Shown here: positions 8,588 through 18,437 of the stretch, one piece after another
Position numbering within the stretch: the stretch's first letter is position 1
Layout of the letters: each line of letters starts with the position of its first letter
Assembly (NCBI GenBank): GCA_977017575.1
Contig: CDRNVI010000006.1
Span: 124,001-188,000 of the forward strand
Reading direction: 5' to 3'
DNA: 64,000 bases
Source: Paramoeba atlantica
Lineage: Eukaryota > Protista > Discosea
The notes under the pieces: generated by a model
What the model saw: only the letters and a program-made list of their open reading frames with translations
What the model was told of the DNA's origin: nothing
The model's database searches: none
Program-made: the position numbers and the translations under genes

Positions 8588-11197
8588 TTAGGGCTTTCTC
8601 TGAATATGACTGCCTACCTTACTAATGTCTCTCTCGATCTTACCTTCGTATCTCTCGACCTTCTCCATCTCAATCTCCTTCCCGCGACTGACAGCATCCG
8701 CCGGGTTCTCATCCGTGGATATGTACGCTGCCTTGACACAAATACCTTTCTCCTCAGTCAGTCGCAGGACTTCGCGCAATTCCATTGAAACCCCCTCTGA
8801 CTTGGAGATCCTCCTGTTCAGTGCAGCCTGACAGGAGGTGTTGTCAACAAAAACATCCAAGCAGGTTCCACGGGGGCAATGCGCGGAAAACTTCTCGAGG
8901 GCTAAGCGGACTGCTGCAGCTTCCGCACGATTCACCTCATACGAGGAGGACTCAGGCCACGCCTCTCCCGTAATCAAAACCTCTCCGCTGTCTAAATACA
9001 TAATCGCTCCCCACCCTTTCACCGAGGCATCGGTGTAGAGACGATGCTTGTGTGGAACAACATCGGGATGGGGAGGTGGAGACCGTGGAACATTCTCCAA
9101 CAACTCGTTTCTCCACTCTGCTAGCATGGAGCGAGTGACGACAGGGAGTGCGACCGGACGGTCACATAACTTTGGGCAACGGTTCAACAAGTTGATACGC
9201 CGTTGCGCCACCTTCAAAGCGAAATAAAATCGCGGCATATTGAGTCGGAGAACTGCGGAGCCATAAATGAGGCGCCCCACCACCGCCTCTAGGTCAACAA
9301 AGGAAATGTTGAAGAAAGAGTCGGCTCGCAGTTTCCTGATCACTCGCGGTCCCAGGCAGACCGTATGCGCGTTATGGTCGAACGCCACCCCATTGAACAC
9401 GTAATGTGCTACAGGGGGCTGACCCCGATCTTTGAAAAGACCGTTCGCCTTGTCGCAACGCTCGTCAATGAACTGAGCGTACGTGGTGGCCTCGGAGTGG
9501 GTTCCTGCAAACCGAACTCCGTCAACATAAACGTCGATAGCGCCTCGGTGAAACGAGTAGCGCTGAGAACAAATCGACGCCTCGCCAGCAATCGCGGCGG
9601 TAACCGTGTGCATAACCTCCGGTGCACACCTATGGCCCATCGGGAGGACGTTCATCTCATACACGTCTCCACTGTTCGTTCTAAGGCGGAATTTGGGCCG
9701 CGCCCTCTTCGGGATACCAATCTGGTAAAACCCGCATGTGAAGTCCCGCTTCACAGCCATCGGCTCGTGCGCCTTATGAAGATACTTGGAGGGATGATAT
9801 AATGGGACCTTTGGTTCATATGATTTTAATCTATCGTTATCGTCCCTTGTCCATGAAATAAATCTTCTGCGCTGATTGCCCTGATCATCGGTCTCCACAA
9901 CCGTGAAGGGAATCATGAACTGCATCGATGGGCGCTTTCTCAACTCCTGCGCCGGGACCTTAGAGATTATGCCTGCGTCCTCCAACAATCGGACGTCCGC
10001 CTCAGGCAATGAACCTTTCACACTAGGTTCGGGGTACGGGGCTTTAGGTACCCATAATAATTCATCCACTACCTTGCGAAAACGAGTGGCAGCTGACATA
10101 CTCATCCACTCCTTAACCTGATCCAAATGGATAACAGGTATCGACTTCTTAACGTGCAAAGGTAGGTGAGCGTCGTGTGCCTTGGCTAGCCGTGAAGAGC
10201 GGCGTGCACAAACAACGGAGTGCCTGCGAAGGTAAGGCACTTCCTCGAAGCACTTTGCCACGTGCTCCGAGGTTACAGCACTGGGAGACGTGCTGAGACT
10301 CTCTGCGTCCCGAGAGCCCTTGCCGTTGTAATACTGCTTGCGTTGTAGCGCAACAGTGATTCGACGTTGAGGTGTTTCGTGAGGTTCTGGACGTCCTCCA
10401 TCCTGAGATTCCCGAGGGAGATCTCGTGGAATAGGTAAGTAATTGCACCTCTTTTTATGGAATGTGTTCCGTACCCCGGACCGAGAAGTTGATTCATCCT
10501 GTGGTCCATCTCCCGGACCGTCGTGTAACACAGGCGCTGGCCTGGTCTCAAACTTCCCACAAACTGAGCCAGTTCGGGTGTCCCCGGTCCAGTCACTATC
10601 GCGTAGAGGTACGGCCGGTAAGGATTCAGACGGGTTGTCTTGGTCCCCCTGCCCCAATAAATGATTACCTCGTGACTGGCCACACTCACGAACTGCTCCC
10701 GCCTCAGGTCGGCGGTCTCGGTCCATCTCGCAGCGGCTTTCCAACACAGGAGGCAACACATGCTCTCCTTTACGTCGAGATGACGTCTCAGCTTCTTTAG
10801 AAGAAGTGGCGTGATTGGAAGCATCTGCCGCGTGGGTTCTAGCCCCTCCTGCGCTTGCAGGGCCTTTACGTAGAGACTCAATGGGGTACCTTCGATTCCC
10901 ATGAGCTCGAACAGAGTCCTCAATGCCCCTGCGTACCCCATGCGCGTCGAGGTAGCGAGAGGCAGAGTCTCGAGGAAGAGCACCGCGTTTGCAGGATTCG
11001 CGGTGATAAATAATTGTAATAAATAATTGTTGTTGTTGTTGTTGGTAACAAGAGCGCCTGCAATCCCCACATGCAAGCGCCGCAAGTACCACTCCGGCTC
11101 CCGAAATTGTTCCGGGTACGGGGACGCAAGGCTCTCCTAGGTCCTTCACCAATGACAGAGAACACTCCGTAGTTAGCCTACCATGTGTCAATCCCAC
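8588..11197 (-). CDS. YR retrotransposon family A (VIPER/TATE-like) RT/RNase H ORF, overlapping YR in another frame
   Basis: RT: KRDFTCGFYQIG, LPMGHRCAP, VYVDGV. RNase H: LYTDASVKGWG, NRAEAAAV, FVDNT, ENPADAVSRG. Confidence 0.88.
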   Translation of the reverse strand: MGLTHGRLTTECSLSLVKDLGEPCVPVPGTISGAGVVLAALACGDCRRSCYQQQQQQLFITIIYHRESCKRGALPRDSASRYLDAHGVRRGIEDSVRAHGNRRYPIESLRKGPASAGGARTHAADASNHATSSKEAETSSRRKGEHVLPPVLESRCEMDRDRRPEAGAVRECGQSRGNHLLGQGDQDNPSESLPAVPLRDSDWTGDTRTGSVCGKFETRPAPVLHDGPGDGPQDESTSRSGVRNTFHKKRCNYLPIPRDLPRESQDGGRPEPHETPQRRITVALQRKQYYNGKGSRDAESLSTSPSAVTSEHVAKCFEEVPYLRRHSVVCARRSSRLAKAHDAHLPLHVKKSIPVIHLDQVKEWMSMSAATRFRKVVDELLWVPKAPYPEPSVKGSLPEADVRLLEDAGIISKVPAQELRKRPSMQFMIPFTVVETDDQGNQRRRFISWTRDDNDRLKSYEPKVPLYHPSKYLHKAHEPMAVKRDFTCGFYQIGIPKRARPKFRLRTNSGDVYEMNVLPMGHRCAPEVMHTVTAAIAGEASICSQRYSFHRGAIDVYVDGVRFAGTHSEATTYAQFIDERCDKANGLFKDRGQPPVAHYVFNGVAFDHNAHTVCLGPRVIRKLRADSFFNISFVDLEAVVGRLIYGSAVLRLNMPRFYFALKVAQRRINLLNRCPKLCDRPVALPVVTRSMLAEWRNELLENVPRSPPPHPDVVPHKHRLYTDASVKGWGAIMYLDSGEVLITGEAWPESSSYEVNRAEAAAVRLALEKFSAHCPRGTCLDVFVDNTSCQAALNRRISKSEGVSMELREVLRLTEEKGICVKAAYISTDENPADAVSRGKEIEMEKVERYEGKIERDISKVGSHIQRKP
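10273..11085 (-). CDS. Tyrosine recombinase, family A, C-terminal part intact, N-terminus replaced
   Basis: AAARWTET (R), GRGTKT (K), HSIKRGA, LTKH...LLRY. Identity with the 17.3-18.4 kb copy begins only at ~11005. Confidence 0.85.
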   Translation of the reverse strand: MRRLHVGIAGALVTNNNNNNYLLQLFITANPANAVLFLETLPLATSTRMGYAGALRTLFELMGIEGTPLSLYVKALQAQEGLEPTRQMLPITPLLLKKLRRHLDVKESMCCLLCWKAAARWTETADLRREQFVSVASHEVIIYWGRGTKTTRLNPYRPYLYAIVTGPGTPELAQFVGSLRPGQRLCYTTVREMDHRMNQLLGPGYGTHSIKRGAITYLFHEISLGNLRMEDVQNLTKHLNVESLLRYNASSITTARALGTQRVSARLPVL

Positions 11198-11514
11198 TGG
11201 GAGGGTTCCTGATCAAGCACGAGTGCCGCTTTTACGCTTTAGAGTAGTGTAGCTTTTATGTTTCGGAGGTTCTTCAATTAATTATGCATGTGTAAGCAAG
11301 GAATTTACGTAGTGAGACGTCTATGTCAATGTGTGAATGTAGATATTGTGTGGTATATAGAGCATGTATTTGTGCACCCGCTCAGGAGAAAACAAAATTA
11401 TTAAAGGATATTTTGTACAGTATAATGACATGCAGGACCGTAAGTGAAAGTATGAAAATAGCTGATGTCGTATTCTATTTTACGTTTGTATGCTCAGCGG
11501 ATACCTAAATGTCT

Positions 11515-13248
11515 TCAGTCTCTTGATATGAATGTGAGGCCCTGTTCTGTGAAAAGTCTCCATGCTTTCTGCAAGCGTTTCCATGAATTGTACAATCTGA
11601 AGTTCAATTCATCACTAGAGAACATCCTTTTCGGACGAGTGCCTATGTCAGCTACATTTTCTTCTGTAGGTATATCACAAATGATGAGATTACCCGCAAA
11701 GCACTCATGCTGGCTGATGACCTCGTCCAAGGGATGCACACGAGAATACCCCTTGTCAAAAGCACGAGAAGCCGCGAGATTGTCGCTTGCGATCACCATA
11801 TTAGCGTATCCATGCTCGGTAGCCATGGTGATCGCTTGTGATATGGCTGTCGCTTCTGCAAGCGCAATCGGCAGGTCGCACGACTGCTCGAGTAGGCGGT
11901 CCTTACAGATATTTCCGTTTTCCATAGGCCACACCGCCCAGCGAGAGGTGGTTGCATCAACCGCAGTGTAGAAAACACGTTTCTTGTATGTCAATCTGGA
12001 AAACATGGCCCAGTCCCGGGGCTTATTATTCATAGAAAGAACGCGACACATTCCTGCCTGTATCAGAGACCGACATGGCTTATCAACCGGTACGCTCCAG
12101 TCGGAGATTTCGCCCAAGATACTTTGTTGCTTGGAAATTCGACCTAGATTTCTTGTCGCCACGCCCAGTATAGCGTAAGCATGGCGCAAGTAACCTGCGA
12201 ATTGATACAGTTTCCTTGCAGATACAATATCCATACGGCCCGCTGCAAGTGCCCAACTCTTTACAATAACTGGGTCTGGTATCCATTTTGCCCTTCCTTC
12301 GCTTTGTATGATTTTTATGCCGCAATATGTAAACGAGCAAGTTCTATTTTCCAAAGTCATGTATTTCGTGACAACGTTGAAAAGCTTGAAATTTCGCTCA
12401 AGGCGATAATACCAATCTCTTACTGTTTGTTTACAAGATACGACTAGAAATGAGTCGTATAATAGGGCAATGAATCCTCCCTGGGATAAACTTATTAGAC
12501 CTGGAGCTTCAGTGCATTCATATAAGGTTTTATCTACGTTCAAGTCGAGATCTCCCTCTTCTTCGTATAGCATTATTGCCCACATAATGCTTTGTGCAAT
12601 GCCGCATGCATGCTTGTAACCCATCGGTAATACCGCGGGTCGACATATCATAGGTCCATGCTTTATACAACAGGCATGTCCAAGACCAGATGAGATCGGT
12701 ATCTGGTAGTAGCAGTTGCGGATGTCCCCATGCAGAAAACAGAAACCATTCATTGCGCAATCCCCCAACCGAACTAGAGCGCGGACGAGTACTTGTGTGC
12801 TCGGCACGTGAAAGGGAACACCCTCCCCGACAACACGTTCATTGGTCCAGCGCAAGTCAAAAATTGCTCGCGAATACGTCCCATCCTTAAGTACTGCTAT
12901 GTACTTTCCAAACCCTCGGGCCATCTCCTTTGTAGTCGATATCAATACCCCACATTCTTGTAGGTAACGAATGTGCCTCCTATACTGGGAGGAGTCTGGC
13001 TCAGTCTTTTCAATGTATTGGGTGTCTGGCGGCAAGGGATCAGTGCCTATAAGGGAGATTGCCTGTCGCGAAAAGGGGAAACGGTCTAGGCCTGCGCTAT
13101 CTAACCGGATACCACCTACATTTTGTAGAGGGTAGAGAGTATCCGAGTCGTGTGCAAAGCTTCCGCGTCTGCGAAAATCGCTATCCTCCGGTGCGTAGTA
13201 CGCATCAAAAGGGGAGGACAGTTCAGAGCTTAGAAGTTCGGTATCCAT
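11515..13248 (-). CDS. YR retrotransposon family B RT/RNase H
   Basis: SRAIFDLR, HGDIRNCYYQIP, LPMGYKHA, LLYDSFL; RNase H AVDAT, LAEATAI, ASDNLAA, EENVADIGTR. Confidence 0.85.
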   Translation of the reverse strand: MDTELLSSELSSPFDAYYAPEDSDFRRRGSFAHDSDTLYPLQNVGGIRLDSAGLDRFPFSRQAISLIGTDPLPPDTQYIEKTEPDSSQYRRHIRYLQECGVLISTTKEMARGFGKYIAVLKDGTYSRAIFDLRWTNERVVGEGVPFHVPSTQVLVRALVRLGDCAMNGFCFLHGDIRNCYYQIPISSGLGHACCIKHGPMICRPAVLPMGYKHACGIAQSIMWAIMLYEEEGDLDLNVDKTLYECTEAPGLISLSQGGFIALLYDSFLVVSCKQTVRDWYYRLERNFKLFNVVTKYMTLENRTCSFTYCGIKIIQSEGRAKWIPDPVIVKSWALAAGRMDIVSARKLYQFAGYLRHAYAILGVATRNLGRISKQQSILGEISDWSVPVDKPCRSLIQAGMCRVLSMNNKPRDWAMFSRLTYKKRVFYTAVDATTSRWAVWPMENGNICKDRLLEQSCDLPIALAEATAISQAITMATEHGYANMVIASDNLAASRAFDKGYSRVHPLDEVISQHECFAGNLIICDIPTEENVADIGTRPKRMFSSDELNFRLYNSWKRLQKAWRLFTEQGLTFISRD

Positions 13249-13537
13249 TGTTTTGTGTGCGAAGTGCGTTTGAGATATAATTTATATCATATAATTTATT
13301 CTACTATGGGTGATCTATTTCCTACACAGCCACTATCTCCACATTTCTTAACTTTTATAGTTGGTCCACTTGTCACAGTTTATTGTGACTTTTACTTCAA
13401 TGACAGTGTGTAACTGTGTTCCCATATCTCTCGTCCTTCTCGATACGATTCTACTTATCACCTGTTTATCTAAAGTGTTCTAGTGATGCATACATTGTGT
13501 GCTTTACAATAATGGGACTGATTGTAAATTATTTATT

Positions 13538-14407
13538 TTATTCCATAGAATAACGTGTTGCAGTGAGTTCTGACATCCAGCGCCCTCTTCGAAGACGCGT
13601 GCTCAGATCAACTCCTTGCCGTGTCAAGTGTCCAGCGCAGCCGTGGCGCAGACAGTGGAACGACCATGTTTGCTGGCTGTTCCATCCAAATCGCGCGGCC
13701 GCGGCCGCTATCAAGCGATTGGCTTGCACCTTGTTCCAAGTCGGAAAGAGGCTTGATGTTGTTGAGATTGTTTTGAAGTACCCGAGTAAATGGCGTACTT
13801 CAGGTGCTTGTACCGTATCAACGGCAAAGTGGTGACGACCTTTCCCTCCACGAATTTTTATTAGTACATCGCTTTCGCTGATTTCCACGTCTGATGTCTG
13901 AAGACCTACGAGTTCGGAGTGTCGCAAAAGGCCAAAGTAACCAATTGCAAATCCTTGACCATACGTAATCTCTCCCTGGTCAATACAATATGTGGATAGT
14001 ACGCGAAGCTGGTCACGTGTGATGGAGCCCCGCGGCTTGGGGTCTAAACAAATTTTGAGCACCCCTTTAAATCGCCTTCGAAATCGAAGGGTTTGCGACC
14101 AACACTCGTTCTCTGGAAGGTCCTCAATTTGTCGCCAAACCAGGGCAGCGCGAAATGCTTCCAAGGTGGAGGGTCTGTAAAATCTCGACATGCTAGCACA
14201 TAAGGCAAGGAAATTCTCTTCTGCCATGTTGCATGCACCATGGACACCCATAAGGTGTTCCAGGCGATAAAAATATTGTGCTCGTTTTTGAGCCGTTCCC
14301 GCCGAAACGCCCACCTGAGCGAGCTGTCTATGAATTCCCACTTGAAGAAGAGAACGATACCCTCTCTGAATTTCTGCATCCCGCGAGGTTCGAGACTCTA
14401 GTGTCAT
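13538..14407 (-). CDS. Tyrosine recombinase, family B
   Basis: ATG at 14407 (MTLESR). GLLRHSEL, RGGK, HCLRHG, GRW...TRY: complete R-K-H-R-W-Y set. Confidence 0.88.
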   Translation of the reverse strand: MTLESRTSRDAEIQRGYRSLLQVGIHRQLAQVGVSAGTAQKRAQYFYRLEHLMGVHGACNMAEENFLALCASMSRFYRPSTLEAFRAALVWRQIEDLPENECWSQTLRFRRRFKGVLKICLDPKPRGSITRDQLRVLSTYCIDQGEITYGQGFAIGYFGLLRHSELVGLQTSDVEISESDVLIKIRGGKGRHHFAVDTVQAPEVRHLLGYFKTISTTSSLFPTWNKVQANRLIAAAAARFGWNSQQTWSFHCLRHGCAGHLTRQGVDLSTRLRRGRWMSELTATRYSME

Positions 14408-14757
14408 GTTGAGTGCTAGAAATGGCGGAACAATAATTACATTATACAGTATGTAGTATACGTATGATCTGGAGTTTTCATAAAGTAGACACGTACAACT
14501 GGCTACCGTGTGCAACGATTCTTAAATAGCTGAAGTATATAGGTACTTCGTAATAGAACACTTGTTTATAAATATTGTGTCGGCACACTTATCAGCACCC
14601 ATAATATATTTATCGGCATCCATTTTTAGTATCTTACTACTTTTTCGGGAGTTTTTATCAAATGTACGTGAAAAATACTTTTCTAGTGTTTGATACGAAC
14701 GCTTACTTTGCTTTCCACTCTTTCTTTCATACTTATTTTCATTTTGTGGTTCAATGT

Positions 14758-15822
14758 TTATTCATCGCGCCCGCGTTTGCCATGTCTAGGGAGAAATGGT
14801 TTTTCACGGTCGCGATGTTGACTAGCTTTGCAGTTCCGGGCCTGGTGCCCCCTTTTTCCGCAGTTCCAGCACGTTCCACCAGATGTACTGGAAACCGTTT
14901 GTCTAAAGCCATAACGGGGCTTTAAGTCCGGAGGAGCGCCGCGAGCGGATGCGCGTCCTTCAAGATTCAGACTCGGACGAGAGTGATGTACCTGCGACAC
15001 CGCACGTGAATGCGCGGCGAGATGCGCAACAATGGACTTGTTGCTCGTATCGACTGAATTGTCCCGCATGAGGGATTCCAGCGTTTCACGGGACACTGAG
15101 ACTCCCTCGTGCCGCAGTCGATACGACATTACGATCGCACCGAGCTTGCACAACAGCGTCCACACGCTCAGACGAACCCCGTCGTCTTTCGCGTTCGCGA
15201 AGGGGACACCTGGTGGAATTTCGGTCAGTGCCTTGGCGTAGTATGCCCAGTCCAAACGTCCTGCGGCAACGTCACAAACTTGGCGTTTGACATTCGGAGT
15301 AATCCAGGGCTCCGTGCAGAAGCCGGTCTGGGTAAGGCACGTGTGGATCGCCTCCCCGCACCGGGGGTCTTCTTGGGTCCCGATAATGGATCGAAAAGCC
15401 TCGCGGAGGTCTTTAGACGGGTGCTTCGTATTTGCTTCGGGGTGATGCGTCTGAGAGTTCACCGTAGGTTTTTCGAGAAGAGACGCCTCTTCTGCACCAA
15501 GCTCATCACGAAGCGCAACAAGGACTTGCGCGGGCACTTCGCTGCTTGCAAATGTACCATTTTGTACTGCAGCCAACGCGAGACGAATGCTCCGCGAGCC
15601 TGGTACACTGCTGCCTCTTCCCGCGTGCGCGCACGCACGTTCTAGGAGAGGATCGATTGGCATGCGCTCTTTCGCGAATTGGATTGCCCCGGGAATAACG
15701 GTGAGTAAATCCTGACGAACAGTCAGTCCCAGGCGTTTCATTGAGCATATTTGCTTAAATGCCTCCTCAGCCGAAACAGTGGGTGCTGCAACAGGCACCA
15801 ATTCGGGGATAGCATCAGACAT
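14758..15822 (-). CDS. Gag-like protein with CCHC zinc knuckle, family B
   Basis: ATG at 15822 (MSDAIP); CWNCGKRGHQARNC; lies upstream of YR and RT. Confidence 0.8.
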   Translation of the reverse strand: MSDAIPELVPVAAPTVSAEEAFKQICSMKRLGLTVRQDLLTVIPGAIQFAKERMPIDPLLERACAHAGRGSSVPGSRSIRLALAAVQNGTFASSEVPAQVLVALRDELGAEEASLLEKPTVNSQTHHPEANTKHPSKDLREAFRSIIGTQEDPRCGEAIHTCLTQTGFCTEPWITPNVKRQVCDVAAGRLDWAYYAKALTEIPPGVPFANAKDDGVRLSVWTLLCKLGAIVMSYRLRHEGVSVSRETLESLMRDNSVDTSNKSIVAHLAAHSRAVSQVHHSRPSLNLEGRASARGAPPDLKPRYGFRQTVSSTSGGTCWNCGKRGHQARNCKASQHRDREKPFLPRHGKRGRDE

Positions 15823-16157
15823 TGTAGTATTTTGAAAAACGAACAAAGACGTAAAACATGCGTTTTTACACTGCTTACGGAGTGAGAAACTCACAGCCGA
15901 TTACACATTACCTAAAGATTAATCCAACCGTAACAATATCTACATCAAGACGGGGCTATCCTTCAAATCAAGCAGCCGTGTAAGCCTAAATTAAACGATA
16001 ACTTGCATCCCGTGCCGATTCTTGCAAACTAGATATTTTTGAGTCACATCACGACTCATATTACCAAAGGTTGGAGTTATTAACTCGTCACAAGGTAACC
16101 TGACGCGCCGCTTCGTACGGCATTTTCAAACGTACCACAAGCTTAAAAACTGCGCTT

Positions 16158-16942
16158 GTAACATACAGAGCGCTTGGCGCACGATCACGGCGCTATATTC
16201 CTTGCGTTTAACGTAATTACCGAGCCAATGGGCTCATGTAGTGCTCGGCATGGCAACTACATCACAAACTTAAAAGCTACGCTCGTAACATACAGAGCGC
16301 TTGGCGCACGATCACGGCGCTATATTCCTTACGTTCAACGTAATTACCGAGCCAATGGGCTCATGTAGTGCTCGGCATGGCAACTACATCACAAACTTAA
16401 AAGCTACGCTCGTAACACACAGAGCGCTTGGCGCATGATCACAGCGCTATGTTACTTACGTTCAACGTAATTACCGAGCCAATGGGCTCATGTAGTGCTC
16501 GGCATGGCAACTACATCACAAACTTAAAAGCTACGCTCGTAACATACAGAGCGCTTGGCGCACGATCACGGCGCTATGTTCCTTACGTTCAACGTAATTA
16601 CCGAGCCAATGGGCTCATGTAGTACTCGGCATGGCAACTACATCACAAACTTAAAAGCTACGCTCGTAACATACAGAGCGCTTGGCGCACGATCACGGCG
16701 CTATATTCCTTACGTTCAACGTAATTACCGAGCCAATGGGCTCATGTAGTGCTCGGCATGGCAACTACATCACAAACTTAAAAGCTACGCTCGTAACACA
16801 CAGAGCGCTTGGCGCACGATCACGGCGCTATATTCCTTACGTTCAACGTAATTACCGAGCCAATGGGCTCATGTAGTGCTCGGCATGGCAACTACATCAC
16901 AAACTTAAAAGCTACGCTCGTAACACACAGAGCGCTTGGCGC
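16158..16942. repeat. 127-bp tandem array, six full units plus a partial
   Basis: Unit starts at 16158, 16285, 16412, 16539, 16666, 16793, 16920; only a few substitutions between units; no spacers. Confidence 0.97.
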
Positions 16943-17191
16943 TCGCTCGCATTACGTGTCATGGATTTTGAGAGATAAAGGAAAACATGCAATGGCAGTA
17001 CGTGAAACCAGTGCTATGATATTTATCGATCTAATTATCTGCATTGTCTATAAATTTATAGATTTTTTTTTTTTTTTTTAAATACTTTCCCCCCTTTCAT
17101 GCTTCCCATCCCTTACTTAGTATATAGTATCATCCGACCTCAGCCTCCCACAGGAAGTGTGCATAACATTCCTTGTAGGTAGTCATGCATT

Positions 17192-17383
17192 ACTTCCTTT
17201 CGTGGGCATCGGTCTCCTTTAACCCTGCCGGTGCAAAGCAGAGGTCGGATGTAATCCCCCCCCTCATTCGGTCGTATTTCCCCCTAGCCTTCCATCACCT
17301 TTCCACATTTCCTGAGAAATGTGGCCCCGGGCTTTGGACCGGAATTGCAGGGTTAAAGGAGACCGATGCCCACGAAAGGAAGT
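17192..17383. repeat. Perfect 37-bp inverted repeat around a 118-bp spacer
   Basis: 17192-17228 ACTTCCTTTCGTGGGCATCGGTCTCCTTTAACCCTGC is the exact reverse complement of 17347-17383. Confidence 0.95.
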
Positions 17384-18434
17384 CCTCCATCCTGAGATTC
17401 CCGAGGGAGATCTCGTGGAATAGGTAAGTAATTGCACCTCTTTTTATGGAATGTGTTCCATACCCCGGACCGAGAAGTTGATTCATCCTGTGGTCCATCT
17501 CCCGGACCGTCGTGTAACACAGGCGCTGGCCTGGTCTCAAACTTCCCACAAACTGAGCCAGTTCGGGTGTCCCCGGTCCAGTCACTATCGCGTAGAGGTA
17601 CGGCCGGTAAGGATTCAGACGGGTTGTCTTGGTCCCCCTGCCCCAATAAATGATTACCTCGTGACTGGCCACACTCACGAACTGCTCCCGCCTCAGGTCG
17701 GCGGTCTCGGTCCATCTCGCAGCGGCTTTCCAACACAGGAGGCAACACATGCTCTCCTTTACGTCGAGATGACGTCTCAGCTTCTTTAGAAGAAGTGGCG
17801 TGATTGGAAGCATCTGCCGCGTGGGTTCTAGCCCCTCCTGCGCTTGCAGGGCCTTTACGTAGAGACTCAATGGGGTACCTTCGATTCCCATGAGCTCGAA
17901 CAGAGTCCTCAATGCCCCTGCGTACCCCATGCGCGTCGAGGTAGCGAGAGGCAGAGTCTCGAGGAAGAGCACCGCGTTTGCAGGATTCGCGGTGATTCCC
18001 TTCGCCTGGCAATACTCGCGCAGGCGGAACCACAGTCGCTCCCTTGTGGCCCACGTGGCCGTTGCCCACATGGGCTGGAGCGCCTCGCCCAACTGGGTGG
18101 CGCGAGGATCGTCGGCGGGCATCCTCAGAATGGCCTCGAGCAGCTGCTTGCGGTGTTTTCCTGGCGGCTGTGCGGCGTCGGCGGTTACGACGGCGGCGGG
18201 TTTGGCGGCGGCGGGTTTGGGAGGAACGGTGAGCCGGGGGAGAGGAAGTGCCGGAAGAGCGACGCTGCGACGTCGTAGCCGTAACGGGGAGAGAGGGCGT
18301 GGAGGAGGAGTATTGCCACGCACGCGTGGCCGTCTTTCGCGCTGGCGGAGGGACGGAGAGGGAACAGGTGTATGAAAATCCACCCGTCGTCGCCTGGGAC
18401 GACGGGCACGAGCAGTAACTGGGGTGGGGAGCAT
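17295..18434 (-). pseudogene. Tyrosine recombinase, family A, C-terminally truncated
   Basis: Near-identical to 10393-11005 over 17384-17995; after GNLRMED it runs into the inverted repeat and loses the final His and Tyr. Confidence 0.85.
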
Positions 18435-18437
18435 TTC

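Noticed and set aside
16158-16942. CRISPR array
   Set aside because: Contiguous 127-bp units with no unique spacers and no cas genes; eukaryotic context.
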